A stretch of 63,413 nt of DNA, filler included, from Phoronis australis (taxonomy: Eukaryota > Animalia > Phoronida), in the NCBI GenBank assembly GCA_002633005.1. It is 6 parts of 6 records of this genome, joined end to end, with 100 filler letters (N's around TTAATTAATTAA, not from the genome) between each part and the next. Parts side by side here need not be neighbours in the genome. Positions count along the whole stretch, not along the records: positions 3,411 to 34,751 come from NMRA01000279.1; 5 more parts are not named here. One strand, given 5' to 3'. Positions 13,501 through 25,850 of this stretch are shown piece after piece. Under the pieces are notes generated by a model. It had not been told where the DNA came from and ran no database searches. It saw nothing but the letters and a program-made list of their open reading frames with translations. How positions within the stretch are numbered: position 1 is the stretch's first letter; the number at the start of each line of letters is the position of its first letter. The position numbers and the translations under genes are program-made.

Positions 13501-14693
13501 AACCTGACAAGTCCGTAAGAGGTTCCCGCCAGATTGTTCATATCCAACATCACACGTGTAGTTGGCAGTGGAGTTGGTATATGTAGCATTTGAGTTGGAA
13601 GTGATGCTTGGGGGATCACAACTTATTCCTAAAATGACGTTGAAGTAAAATGGTTAACATTCTATGTTTGGTGGAAAGATGGCCCCTAAATTGAGCTACT
13701 GTACATGTACACGAGCTTGTGCTCTCTGTCGTGTTTACACACTTAAGGTACATGTACGTCTGACTGATCTGCTGTTCTGCGTCAGCTGCTCCGTGTCAAT
13801 TGTTTCGATATCTTTTAAACTGGAAACAAATGGTGGTAGAAAAGAAATGGGTGCCCAAATTTAATCAAATTTTAATACTGTCCACTTGATTTTTTTGTGG
13901 CCACAGAAAATTTGGCAGACAAATTTACAGGCATTTTCACTGCCTATAAATTTATTTCTTGGGGTGGACCGGGATTGCCTGCAAATTTGAAGAATGCAAT
14001 ACAAGGACGTGCCTTGGCTCTGATTTTCTTGTTTTTGTGAACAAGCTATGAATGTGAAATGCCCACTAGTTCTGCTGAAGATGCACTTTTCTTCGAAATG
14101 GCAGCCATCTTTAACAATTTTTCCGACGCCTCTCTTCGTTCTTCGGTGGAAGTGAAGGGCCACAAATAAAACAGGAAATAAAGATAATGTGGTCATGTGT
14201 AGCGCTTTTGAGGTGAAATTACACGAAACAATTAATTTTGCTCAAAGATTTGTCCACAGTGGCAGAAAGACCAGTGCATTGCCACGCAAAGAACAGATAT
14301 AATGAGAACCGTCGAGTCCCTCCATAAGCAACGCATTCCAGTAGCAGATCTACGTTTTCAGTAAGGGGGTGTTTAGGATTCGAGTGAATCCAAGGCGCGT
14401 AGCGCCGAGCGGAAAGAAGGTCGGGAGGGGGTTTCCCTAATCCCGTGTAACATTTTCTGTGGATTGTAATAGCTGATTTCATTTTTCTGGCGAAATTTAT
14501 TTCATTTTTTATTTTTGATCCTGTCACGAGGGGGGGGGGGGGGTTGAACCCCTGAACCCCTTTGTAGATCCGATACTGCATTCTTTACCTACAATGTACT
14601 TGTACACGACCTAAAGTTACCTTGGTGTAAAACACAGAGCAGGACAATGCATACTGCAAGGCAGCTAACGCTCCCTTGTGGCATCTTCCACAT
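3411..14693 (-). CDS. Secreted Sushi/CCP (SCR) repeat protein, 5' part; coding exons 14693-14621, 13628-13464, 6867-6691, 6018-5842, 5169-4993, 4322-4146, 3474-3411 (cut by gap)
   Basis: The ATG exon encodes a signal-peptide-like MWKMPQGSVSCLAVCIVLLCVLHQG (acceptor before 14725, donor AAG|GTAACT). Next is a 165-nt phase 1-1 exon ISCDPPSITSNSNATYTNSTANYTCDVGYEQSGGNLLRTCQVDGTWSGSPLVCT, then 177-nt phase 1-1 exons KDCGQPTANANSNVTTTSTTYQGTATYSCDDGYESTGGNTTRLCGSDGAWTGTALSCT. Each has the four Cys, Y-x-C-x-x-G-Y and C-x-x-D-G-x-W Sushi signature and canonical AG/GT. Confidence 0.88.
7640..10330 (+). mobile_element. Decayed non-LTR retrotransposon (LINE) ORF2: APE tail, RT, C-terminal CCHC region
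   Basis: Broken frames keep, in order: GRFKCVAN*GCSVVEYVLC (endonuclease end), GKAAGPDGIPGELYK, NYPGITLL, FINFKKAFD, LSSFLLSIYLNDLE, LLFANYLVVF (degenerate LLFADD), LARFRCSNHKLNIETGR, EDEKRVLF*CPVYEDLR. Many stops and frameshifts; lies in an intron of the Sushi gene. Confidence 0.9.
12080..12880 (+). mobile_element. Penelope-like element 3' fragment (RT thumb/linker and GIY-YIG endonuclease), decayed
   Basis: LDRELEFLNNLLIQNVYPKRFV, KVFLNLPYLG and VVYQLNCSDCEQFYIGMT..LSIRVKEH..HSAV..TGHTID..VQILDKE (GIY-YIG pattern), followed by a PLE-like terminus (CTTGAGAATG...CGAAACGTT). Confidence 0.85.
14339..14578. mobile_element. Non-autonomous hAT-type MITE with 5-bp TSD
   Basis: Imperfect TIRs CAGTAGCAGATCTAC / GTAGATCCGATACTG flanked by CATTC on both sides; a second copy lies at ~22722-22939. 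Confidence 0.85.
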
Positions 14694-16832
14694 GTATGGT
14701 TAGAATCTCATGCACAGCTGTTGATCTGAAAAATCAGACTAATTAGATTGATACCACATTGCAATGTATGGATATTGCATAAGTATTAAGTGTGAGCAAC
14801 ACTCGGTTTTCAGACTCCAAAATGTGACATAGCCAGGTATTTTATTTTGTGGCAGCAGCTATGTAATTCTTAAAAGAAGACTTTATTTGCTTGGCCACTC
14901 ATTTAGTCATACAGCAGGGTTTTACCCAATACGTTCTGGAGAGATTTTTGAGATGCTCGGAATGGAGATTATTTTGGGAAATATATGTTTGTAGCCCTAC
15001 AGAACGGTCGTTCATAAGGCAAGATAATCGACAAGCATCGTCTGGTTATGTTAACGCAATCATAAGCTGTAAAGTGCACAGGCCAAGCTGTTCGGGAGCA
15101 TATGACGTCGCTTTGCTTGATTGTAGGCTTGGGACATAGAATATCACCCGACTTGTCGCCACCGTGTCTGCGCCCTTGCCCGCAGTCCAGGCCAATTTCC
15201 AAGTCTTCACTTCACCCCTGGTAGGCCGTAATTAATTTGCCCTCTGCGGTAGCCATCGATTCATTCCCTCATATCTGCCATTCCTGCATATTTTGTTTTG
15301 CTCAAAATGTGCCCCCACCTTTTAAGGTAGTTTTCTACTGCTTCAAATGACGCGCATTGTAAACACAGTGACGAATTCAGTTTTTGAAAACACTTTTTGT
15401 GCATAAAGAGGATGGAGAGAACTGCAATAATTATACAAACATTGGTATTCACCGATTGGTATATGCTTTACGATTAGATGATCCAGATGACATAAGAAGG
15501 TTTTTGAAAAGGCTTTGAAGTAGATGGCGAATGGTAACGCAGTGGTGAAGTAGTGGCTTGCAAATACATAAGAAATATCCCAGGATCGAATCATGGTGTG
15601 ATCTTCGTTGCCCTTGTTAAGAAAGATTAAAAGGGCTTAACGAAAGCACCTGTCAACAGTAATACATAAGTGTCAATACGGAAATTCACCGACTCCGAAG
15701 TATTGACCTGTTAAATTTTAAATGTAACGAAGTTACAAAAACATTCGTTTAAAAATGTAGAATACGCAATATCGGGCCATTTTTAGAACAAAAATGAAAA
15801 ACCCCACGCGAGAGATTTTTAAAATTTGCTCACATACATATCCAAGATCTATCCAAAAACACACGCATATTGGCTTGTAAAACCACTTGAATGACAGACA
15901 CTTTCAACACTACAAAAAGGCTTACGGATTTTCCTCCCATGTCATGTGATGAATGCAGTAATATCAACAATATCAACCTCATTTGCTAGCCGTCATGTCC
16001 CACTTCCTAATATAATTATTTAGTTTCTCTCATTGCATGCAATCTACCTGTTTTTTTGATATGCAAAACCGTTTCACTTTCTTTGTAAACCTTTGAAAGT
16101 CTATAGGTAAAAAACTAAGAGGTCAATAAGCGCAAAATTGTTGATTTTGGTATCAGAGCCAGACCATGATCACATACACAAAAATTTAAGCTGAATCTGG
16201 AAGATGACGCCTAGAGTGATTTTAATTTCGTTTGATTTTCTCGTGGAATGGCTCTTAATTTAGTCTATCCACTCTCCTGACGAAGAGCTGCGTACCAGCC
16301 CAAAAGCTACATGTTGTTACAGCAAGATACAATTTCAACGTAACACTTGTGAATAGAAATGCATGTGCGGCTTAGTGTCGGTGAAGCGGGGGTTAAAGGA
16401 TGTATGTTTTTTGCGTAAAGTCCCGTTTACACTTCAAAAGTTGACATGGATCAGCTGACACGGAACAAGTTGTTCCAGTGAGTAAACGGACTGACACGGA
16501 GCAAATTGACACCGTGGTGACAAATTTTTGCCACCTTTTTGTGAGGTAGAGCAATTTGCGCCCGAACATCTTGCGCCGTGTCAATAATAAACGCGAAACT
16601 AGAGCAAGGCGGAAAGGATCATCTCTACTGCCCTTGTGCAATGACCTTCATACAGGTTCTTTGACTCTGCAACTCTCGTCATTTGCAAACCTGCGCATGT
16701 GCGATCCAGTTTCTCGAGCCTGCAATTTCCGTCTTGCCACGGTTAGTGAGTTGCCAACTCACTAACCGTGTGTAAACGGCCGCTTGACACGGTCCACAAT
16801 ATCACATAACGCAAATAGTAGCGAAGACTCAC

Positions 16833-16900
16833 CTTGAGGCTATTTACCGCTACTCCAGTCTTTTCACCCACTTCAATTTTCCGGTATTTTTAAATACATG
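16833..16900 (-). other. Possible non-coding first exon of the Sushi gene
   Basis: Strong donor CAAG|GTGAGT at 16833/16832, upstream of the ATG exon (which starts with an acceptor). The 5' boundary is unknown. Confidence 0.3.
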
Positions 16901-17669
16901 TATCTTCAAGCATTCGACATTCGAAAAGTCTCGCATTATGAGTAGCATGTTTGTGTTAAAAACGAGCCCATTTAATGTAACTTTTAAGCAAAAGATGGCA
17001 CTGTAAGCTGAACTATTAGCCTACAAAAAGGTGAGAAATTGAGAAAGGGTAGAACTATTTCAATATGGCTGCCTCTATACGTTGCTGAGGTTTAAAGCTG
17101 CACACATTTATCTGAACAGGGCTCAGCGTCTAATATTTTACTCGAAATCAAATTATTTTTAACGTTTTCTTTTACATTTCAGAGTACACTCAAGATTACC
17201 GTTTTTAATGGTGTGCTCGAGTGTAGTACGGTTGAATCTCATTCTGTCTTTGGTGACCCCCCAACTCTAAGATTACGTGCTCAAAATATGAACTCGTAAG
17301 CAGGAGTTGGAATATGAGTATATAGCGTGAATCTATGGATTCTCAAATGGAATCTTGGGTAACTGGTTGGCGTGCAGAATAATCTTAACTGAATACCTTG
17401 AGTTCGAATTAAAACAGAACGGAAAATAATTTTGAGTTAGATATTTAGTTCGGAGAGCTGACCCCGACCTCTGGTGTGCCATTTCTTGAAAACAGCATAG
17501 ACAGTAATTATGTGGAGAATGAGTTTCTTTAGAAGACAGAGAGGTAATGCAAACTCATAAGCGCCACAGTTTTTGGTTGGTAATCACGTGGTCTAGTCTG
17601 GGTTCTATTTCATGAAATATTCATCGCTAATTAAACCAAAATTAAATGAAGAAACACACGGAACAGAAT

Positions 17670-17671
<2 letters not shown>

Positions 17672-17730
<59 letters not shown>

Positions 17731-17753
17731 TACACATACACACACACACCCAC
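17672..17753. repeat. (CA)n microsatellite
   Basis: Long, nearly pure CA run read directly. Confidence 0.98.
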
Positions 17754-17799
17754 ATCATTTTTCACTGCATCGTTGGAAGTTATTTTGCTAGAAAAAAAA

Positions 17800-18460
17800 A
17801 CATCCTGCAATCTGAGATTTGAGCAACTCAGTCATGGCATAGAGATAATAATAATACATGGTATAGGCAAACCTAGGTATGATTCAAATCCAATGTCGTT
17901 TTTGATTAAATTATAAGTTTTGAGTTTAGGAGCTGTTCAGCTTAATGTTGTACCACTCCTGTAAAAAAGTCTTTGAACCTCTGTTCAAGAATTATCAACA
18001 AACAATTACTCACACTCGACACAGTGTTGAAACCACACCAGATCAAAACCTTACTTACATGATAATAATCTAACAGTGATACTCCAAGTATGCCTTCCTG
18101 CACAGTCCAAGCCAAACAACATGCCACTCATACAACTCTACAATACCTTGTTGTTGGCATTCTTATCAATGAAAGCCAGGATTTGATACACCTCACAAAA
18201 TGTTTTCACAAAAACTTGAAATCTTCCACATTCGCCAAGAACAGCAAAATTAACAATCATGCAGCTGACACCCAACAGTGGTTTACAAAATTTTAGTTGC
18301 ACCCGCTCTACAGATTTATATTGAAAATAGACCCATATTTCCAATCCATGGTTTACGATAGCGGAAACCATTGTATCAAATATCTCAAAAGCTGCATTGG
18401 AAGGAATACAATAACACTAATGTTGCAGTTTATTTAGCATGAATAAAGGTTTTAGCCTTT
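17800..18460 (-). mobile_element. LINE ORF2 3' fragment, decayed
   Basis: IFDTMVSAIVNHGLEIW..VERVQLKFCKPLLGV..NFAVLGECGR matches the post-RT region of the same LINE type as 7640-10330. Confidence 0.75.
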
Positions 18461-19513
18461 ATGTAATTTTAAACCAACACAATTTCGGAGTGGAAACATA
18501 TAACAAGATATTTGTAACTCGACAGAGTATCAACGAGTTGACCACCGAAATACCACTTTTCATATTTTTCGTAGAGCGCCACCTATATGGAACACCATCA
18601 CAATCGTATCTTAGATTTACATCCCTGCCCTAGTCTACACAGTACAAGTGCACAACAATGGATTAGCACACGTGCGGTAAGTGATGTTGATTCTACTGCT
18701 GACTGCTGTTATTAACAGCATTTAATCAGTTGCATATGTAGATGGTTTAGGTAAGCGAAACATCGCAGAACATAAAAAGTTTTTAAATGTTTCATTACTC
18801 CTGAAACCAACAGGACGTTACTATCCAACAGTGCCGAAGAGAGACGGTAGTGTACGAAAAGAAAGGGTGAGTGACAAATTGTTCTTATAACCGCTAGAGC
18901 AAAAAAATCAAGTTCTTGGGAAAAACATGATTTGATCCTGAGTGACACTTCGTGCTTACCATGGAAATGCATAGTAACAAGTCGAATACATTTGCACTTT
19001 GCCAAGCGCAACAACAGTCGAGTGCATTTTCCACGTGTAAAGAAAGAACGGAGTGTAGAAAACAAGAAGAGTTTGCTTACCCGTTGAAACAGTTGGCGCG
19101 CAGAGACCACGCTTAGGAAGACTGAACCAGGACGTTGACGTTCTTTGGTATTTATTTAAGGTACCCACCCATTTTAGGCAAATACGAATCAATTGTCCTA
19201 GGGTGCTTAGGCAAAATATGCCATCAAAAAGATACTATCCGGTACATTGCTTTTGTCGATAAGCGACTCAGCTTTGAAAAGAACAAATAGCACTTGAAAG
19301 AGTAAGGCATTGGCTTGGGTGGTTCACAATAGTATTGTGAAAACAGCTACTATGACTATGGAAAGTTCAATACCGACAAAGCACGATCAGGTCTAATCTG
19401 AGAAAATGTACAAACTACACGATTTTGGACGTTTTAAATAGTAGCAGCTTCATGAAAACCAGTGGCGGATCTACGGGGTGGGGGGTTCAGGGGGCTTAAA
19501 CACTCCCCCTTGG

Positions 19514-19951
19514 AACAAGAGCAACGCGGAGCGTTGAAATGCGCCCACGAATGCACCACTATCGATGTGCTTCTAGGGGTGTCTATTTGGAGCCTAAAAA
19601 TGGCAACTAGATGGCGCAAAATACCTCGAATCGTCCGAAAACAGGAGGATGGCATCACCTCACTAAAAATGCCTAAATGCCAAATTTTATGAAAATTCGT
19701 TGAGGCCCTATAAAAATACAGAGGTAAGTTGCGACTGTTGGGCACACCGATGGTCGGAAAGGTTCGAAAGTCATCGTCATCAGTCGTCAGCTTCATAGGA
19801 ACCCACCTGCCGAATCTCATCAAGATCCTGTGAAGGGTTTAGGAGACACAGCTGCGGAAGCCGGCCGACGACGCCGGACGCCTGACACTGGACGCCTAGA
19901 CAGAGATGACAGCATTATGCGACCACATATAAATCTGTGGGTGCATAGAAA
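19514..19951 (-). mobile_element. Helentron-associated non-autonomous element (HINE/DINE-1-like), short copy
   Basis: Same 5' inverted-repeat head (TATGCACCCACA...TGTGGTCGCATA), CGTCC-rich tract and 3' stem-loop ending CTCTTGTT as the copy at 44400-45289. Confidence 0.75.
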
Positions 19952-20699
19952 TGAAAAAAAAATGTCACCAGCAAAAGAAAAACGGCACCGTCAGCGTTTG
20001 TAAACCCCGAGTAAACCACCTCAGAAAAATTGAGGGGGGTTCACCATCTTTGCAATGTGATTTGCTGTAATCACGAAAAGCAACGCATTTCGAGTTTTCG
20101 TGCTCATCGGCAAGTCGCGCGGATTTCTATTAAGCGGTGTTTCCGGTGACACTTCTGAAGTAGCCATACACTTTTGATGGATCCTCCGCAGAAAAAAAAA
20201 ACAGAGGTATACCTGGTTTTTAGGTATCTAATGTTTTTACTCTAAGATATGTCTGAATTCGATTAGCGAAAACACTGTGGTACAGCAACCCTGATATTTA
20301 GGCGAATCGATGTGCTACGTTTTTACCTCATCTGTCAAGTCTTATCATGCTGTACATGTACATTCCACACGGTTGTAACTTGAAATTGACTGGTGTATGA
20401 TAAAGTTGTCTAGTGCAATAATCATACGGTGTTTATGTAATCTCGTTATTTTAAAAAACGGTCAACTCGTTTTCCGAAGAATTACTGTTGTGGCATGCGC
20501 TATGGTCTGGACGCGAGTCCGTTTCAAGATACACCCTAGCAAGTTAGGCCTCCACAAGGAATGAACGAGGGGAGGGGGCACTCACACTGACAAGGTGACT
20601 GCATTCGTGAACAGTACAAGATATTGCGGACAGGCTGTAATTTCTCAGCAGTCTTGCGTGACTCCTGCGGTGTTCAGTAAGCCTCCTAAGGAGCCCTGG

Positions 20700-21720
20700 T
20701 TCCGATCTCAGCACTGACCGTCTTCTATACTGGGAATTTCCGCAGAAAGGCCCACGCGATGAAACACCCATGTCCATGGGCCTTTATACGGTGTTGCAAC
20801 TTCGGGTTTCATGTGTTCAGACATTGGGACGTTTATTCCGAAATTTGCAAGAGATGCAAATTGGTCCCGCGGTACATAATCTTTCACAAAAGCGTGATGT
20901 CTGAAGCCACGATGAACGAGTAAAAAATATGATTGCGCTTGTAACTCTTGATTTGACTTGACAACCTCAAGGGACTTAGTGCCAAGCTGCCACATGTGAT
21001 GCTGCTGACATTGCGGAGGATTACGAGCTCATTGACATAGCAGCTGACGAAGTGCAAGCATTGGGAACGAATCTCGAAGATGTCTGGGTAGAATGGTTCC
21101 AAGACCCGCAAACCATTGAATACGATGTACTGACTCCTCGGCAGTCCAGTCCAAGTTTTCAAAAGACAACAGGCAGGTGTAAGTTGTCAATTCTTGTGCC
21201 CTTAGTGGTGAGCAGGATGACGGATGTAGAGTTAGGCTCACTGGAGGATAGGCTGCATTACTTAGACATAAACTTGCCATCACCAGATTGCCTGAAGGTG
21301 ACTAATTTCCTTCTGACTATCGGTATTTTGAGTAACACCTTGTCTTCTATTAAATTTACGATTGCCCTTTGTAATAATAGAAACATAAAAAGTACCTATA
21401 TTTTTTGCTCTCATTTCAGCGATTACTCTGACGCTGGCGGTCCTTCTGGAATGCTCAAAATCGAGAGGAATTGTCAGATAACTTGCTTTCCACAGTGAAG
21501 CACGCAGACGGTGACATCTGTTATTGATAGGATGTCTAACCCTTATTGGATCCTGTGACGCAGATAGACCACTTTCTATGCTCAGGCGTGTGAAGACACA
21601 TTTGAGGAACGGCTTGTTGGGTTATTACTGATGGCCATGCTTTACAAATGACCGAAAAGACTAGACAAGTCACTGGTCGCCAAGCGCTTTATCCAGAGCA
21701 ACCCAAGGCTAGTGTTCTGT
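20700..21720 (+). pseudogene. Decayed hAT transposase (C-terminal dimerisation region recognisable)
   Basis: NLKGLSAKL..DAADIAEDYELIDIAADEVQALGTNLEDVWVEWF, LVPLVV..DINLPSPDCLK and GSCDADRPLSMLRRVKTHLRN resemble the hAT consensus (S-C-x-x-E-R-S-F-S-x-L-R-R-x-K-T-x-L-R). Frameshifts and stops; boundaries approximate. Confidence 0.7.
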
Positions 21721-22009
21721 AAGTCTTTTTATCTTGTTTGACTGAAAGTGCGCCACGTTTTGTCAGAGAGAGAAAGAGTAACGCCAAGATGCATAAAATA
21801 CATGTATGAGCAACCACTGGGGATTAAAACGTGCCTAGGGACCAGTTGAAAACTCAGGCTGTCTTGCATAGTGTACTTTAGGTCTCGCGACAGACCGGGC
21901 CAGCTTATTTGCGTAGCTATTTTCTATTAAAGTGCATGTACATGTACTCCTGGTCTCTCGGTGAACTTGTGTTGTAACGTTAATGATTTTTACCACAGTG
22001 TGCTTTGTA

Positions 22010-23282
22010 AACCTCACATCTTTGTCACGCATCCCCAGACAAAACCCCAACACTGACTGGGACTTACCAGAGGGTCTGGCTTCCGCCCTTGAGAAACAGG
22101 CAAGTAAGGCGATCCGACCATTGGTCCAGAGTCTCGGCATCCGGCTATCTCGAAATGCAACATGTTGGTGCACCTCGATACTCTAAACTTCAGAGCCAAA
22201 TCAATTAGACATCACCTCAATAATGTCATCAAAGTAAGCGTCCGGGTTTTTCATAAAAACTCCGTAAACCAACGAGATGCGTCCCCATCAAGGCACAAAC
22301 CCAACTCCGTACCGCACTTATGTGCAGGCCAAGAATTGTTACGCCCCAAATTTTTAAATTTCGCTGGAAGTCCTCTCGTGTTCCAAATTCCCCTGAAAAA
22401 ATGGGCGCATGGGATTGGACATTGTACTTAACCCCCTCACCCGCACTCGTGCTGACAGGGGCTGTTGAAACTGGTGGTAATTTGGCGACCATCTTTGCAG
22501 GACTGATTATGATTACCGGTTGATGTACCAAACCCAGAAGTCTGGCTTCTGAGGAAACTGAAAACCACGCATGGAATCAAGAGAAAACTAAATTAAAAAT
22601 TAACAAACAACAAATCAAGGACAATGTTTATTCACTGTAACCCCGCAAGAATCAACAGTAAACAACCAACAATTCAGCTACAAACCACAACGAGAAAACA
22701 CGTAGGTGCTACCCTCCCACTGAGTAGCAGATCCACATTTTCAGTAAGGGGAGGGGGTTAGGATTCAAGCTAATCAGAGGCGCGTAGCACCGAGGTGAAG
22801 GAAGGTCGGGAGAGGGTTTCCCTCCTCCAGTGTAATATTTTTGTGACTTTTAGTAGCCAATTTCGTTTTTCTGGCGAATTTTTTCAATTTTTATTTTTGA
22901 TCCTGTCCCGAGGGGGGGGGGGTTGAACCCCTGCCTCTGCCTCCCACATTCCAATTGTAAGCCGTCAACTACGCCAAATATAGTGAAGGCGGCCTGCAAG
23001 CAGGTACATGTAGTTCAAGAGATAGACTTACCGGACTTAAGCCGCCAGACTTCACGTAGGTAAAGCAGTAGGCTACAACTGGACTCAAGCCAGGACACTC
23101 TGAAACGTGCGTCTTCGTAGAGGTGTACACCTAAGACAACGTTCAAATCCGTGCCCAGAGTCCTGTGACTAATATTCACCATGAAAACAACTCACACACA
23201 GGGACGAACACAGATATCACAGCATGATGCCACACAGCGAGAGAATATCACGTTCAAACAGCTATACCGAGCAGTCAGTACA
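22010..23282 (-). mobile_element. LTR retrotransposon (Gypsy-like) 5' fragment: LTR 23282-22979, tRNA-Ser-like PBS, decayed gag
   Basis: A 304-bp segment bounded by TGTACTGA...TCACTATA, then TT and TGGCGTAGTTGACGG (close to the tRNA-Ser PBS TGGCGTAGTCGGCAG), then gag-like APIFSGEFGTREDF and VLGFCLGMRDKDV in broken frames. Confidence 0.65.
22722..22939. mobile_element. Second copy of the 14339-14578 MITE, inserted in the LTR-element leader
   Basis: Colinear similarity to 14339-14578 (AGTAGCAGATC..TTTTCAGTAAGGGG..GATCCTGTC..G-run..GTTGAACCCCTG); no clean TSD. Confidence 0.8.
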
Positions 23283-25649
23283 TTTTGGTCTCTCGACAGT
23301 TCTAGTATAGATATATAGCACAGCGAACTTTCTGTCTCTCGACGGACCAGGACAGTTTATTTGTGTAGGTATTGACTCTAAGTGTACTTCTGGTCCCTCG
23401 GCGAACTAGTCTCGTATATCTTTTCACCACAGTGTACAATAAGTTTTGGTTCCTTGAAAATGTTTTCAGGTGACATGTTTCGCGATATATTTGACTTTTT
23501 TCAATTGTTGGAACATACTCTAGCCCAGTAAAGTGATACTTAAGTGTTTATCGTCGCTTTTAATACTAGACTATGAGCTGAGATTACCATCGTTCGTCAA
23601 TATCTGTCGTGAAGACACAGAACATATGTTCATTTCCGGACCTCGATCACAGTGTCGGTATTCGTTCTTAAATAACTTGAGGCTGCTGTCACTCGATCAC
23701 CTGACATCCAAGCCTTGCGTGGCCGTCAGTGCTCTTGGATATTTAGAAGTTGTCTAAACCCTTGTATACACACTACACTTTTTCGTGCACGACTTTTCAC
23801 ATGCTGAAAAATCGGTGTGTGTAGACAGGTGTTCCAACAAAAATTTTGCTGGTTGCGTGACTCATATCCAGATGTGCGCAAAATTAATATGGTTTTACGG
23901 AACTTATGAGCCGAGTTCATATGACGAAATCGAGGTGGGTTTAAAATCATCTTAAAAAAAAACTCCAGAGACACGTTAACTGCCACAAACTCGCCAGTAT
24001 GCAAAGAAATTGCACTTTTTGGCTACAAAAACAAAACGAATCCTGAATCCTCATACAAAAAACGTAGATCCACCACTGAAAACCAATAAACGAGGTTTAT
24101 GACGATCTAGAATCTACGCAGGCTCGTTAAAAAATTCATACGTTCATTATATACAAACACCAACAAGAAGAAACATCCGGTTTTCATTTTGAACATTGTT
24201 GTCTCAGAGTCAATGAAACGTGCTCTTGTCTTTCTTAACATAAAATGTATGCACGTACGACCTTACCAAAGAGTGTGGTCTGTGTTTAGGCTACCATTTA
24301 AAACCAAGAAAAAGGGTATAATTTTTCTAATTAGAAAGCTTGTAGAATGCACTTTTTGCAATCTGGCTTTCATTGGGTCATGGCATTTCATGCAAAGACA
24401 TAACATGTTAAAAGCGAATGCTAACAGCGTTTCAGAAAGCATTGCATGAAACGATTTGAGATGTGTTCCGTACAGTGTGTTTATACATGTATGTTCGTAT
24501 TGTATTGTTCATCGAGCACAACAATAAACAGTTTCCGGTCCTGACACAAAGGTGGTCAGTTACATTTAAGTAAGCGGTTGAACATATCAGACAATATCGT
24601 CGCGACAACTGCACTGACACACGAACTATTTACACAGTGTACGTCAAATAACGTACAAGTAAGTGCATGGTATCCAGACATTTCAGTGCTTCCTAATCTA
24701 ACATATNNNNNNNNNNNNNNNNNNNNNNNNNNNNNNNNNNNNNNNNNNNNNNNNNNNNNNNNNNNNNNNNNNNNNNNNNNNNNNNNNNNNNNNNNNNNNN
24801 NNNNNNNNNNNNNNNNNNNNNNNNNNNNNNNNNNNNNNNNNNNNNNNNNNNNNNNNNNNNNNNNNNNNNNNNNNNNNNNNNNNNNNNNNNNNNNNNNNNN
24901 NNNNNNNNNNNNNNNNNNNNNNNNNNNNNNNNNNNNNNNNNNNNNNNNNNNNNNNNNNNNNNNNNNNNNNNNNNNNNNNNNNNNNNNNNNNNNNNNNNNN
25001 NNNNNNNNNNNNNNNNNNNNNNNNNNNNNNNNNNNNNNNNNNNNNNNNNNNNNNNNNNNNNNNNNNNNNNNNNNNNNNNNNNNNNNNNNNNNNNNNNNNN
25101 NNNNNNNNNNNNNNNNNNNNNNNNNNNNNNNNNNNNNNNNNNNNNNNNNNNNNNNNNNNNNNNNNNNNNNNNNNNNNNNNNNNNNNNNNNNNNNNNNNNN
25201 NNNNNNNNNNNNNNNNNNNNNNNNNNNNNNNNNNNNNNNNNNNNNNNNNNNNNNNNNNNNNNNNNNNNNNNNNNNNNNNNNNNNNNNNNNNNNNNNNNNN
25301 NNNNNNNNNNNNNNNNNNNNNNNNNNNNNNNNNNNNNNNNNNNNNNNNNNNNNNNNNNNNNNNNNNNNNNNNNNNNNNNNNNNNNNNNNNNNNNNNNNNN
25401 NNNNNNNNNNNNNNNNNNNNNNNNNNNNNNNNNNNNNNNNNNNNNNNNNNNNNNNNNNNNNNNNNNNNNNNNNNNNNNNNNNNNNNNNNNNNNNNNNNNN
25501 NNNNNNNNNNNNNNNNNNNNGCTGTGATTAGCACGGTTTTTTATAGTTAGTAAATTCGACGATAAAGTTGGGAGGATATTGAAATCCCGCTTTTATGATT
25601 TTCACTAAAACTGGTCCTGTCGCGCGCGACTGCACAGATTCATTCAAGT

Positions 25650-25850
25650 GAAACACTACTTCCTCATCATTTCACAAAATGGATCCCCTCAAAGGCCGCT
25701 GTATCTGAAGGTCTCCTCTACTTCAGACAATTAAGAACAAAAACAGTACTTCCTCATCTTTTCACAAGATGAATCCTGCGTTAAAGGTAGGTGACGTCAG
25801 AGGCCGCCATATCTAAAGGTCTGTTCTTTTGCAAACAATTAAGAACAAAT
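25650..25850. repeat. Imperfect two-unit tandem duplication (~90-110 bp)
   Basis: TACTTCCTCATC..TTCACAA and AGGCCGC..TATCT.AAGGTCT...ACAATTAAGAACAAA each occur twice. Confidence 0.7.

Larger units (their letters stand above)
19460..24078 (+). mobile_element. 4.6-kb hAT-superfamily DNA transposon (hAT5-like) with decayed transposase and nested insertions
   Basis: 16-bp TIRs CAGTGGCGGATCTACG (19460) / CGTAGATCCACCACTG (ends 24078), one mismatch, with AAAAC duplicated on both sides; transposase remnants inside. Confidence 0.8.

Noticed and set aside
24578-25534. 317-aa and 278-aa ORFs (also those at 47572-47980)
   Set aside because: Made of X codons across N gaps.
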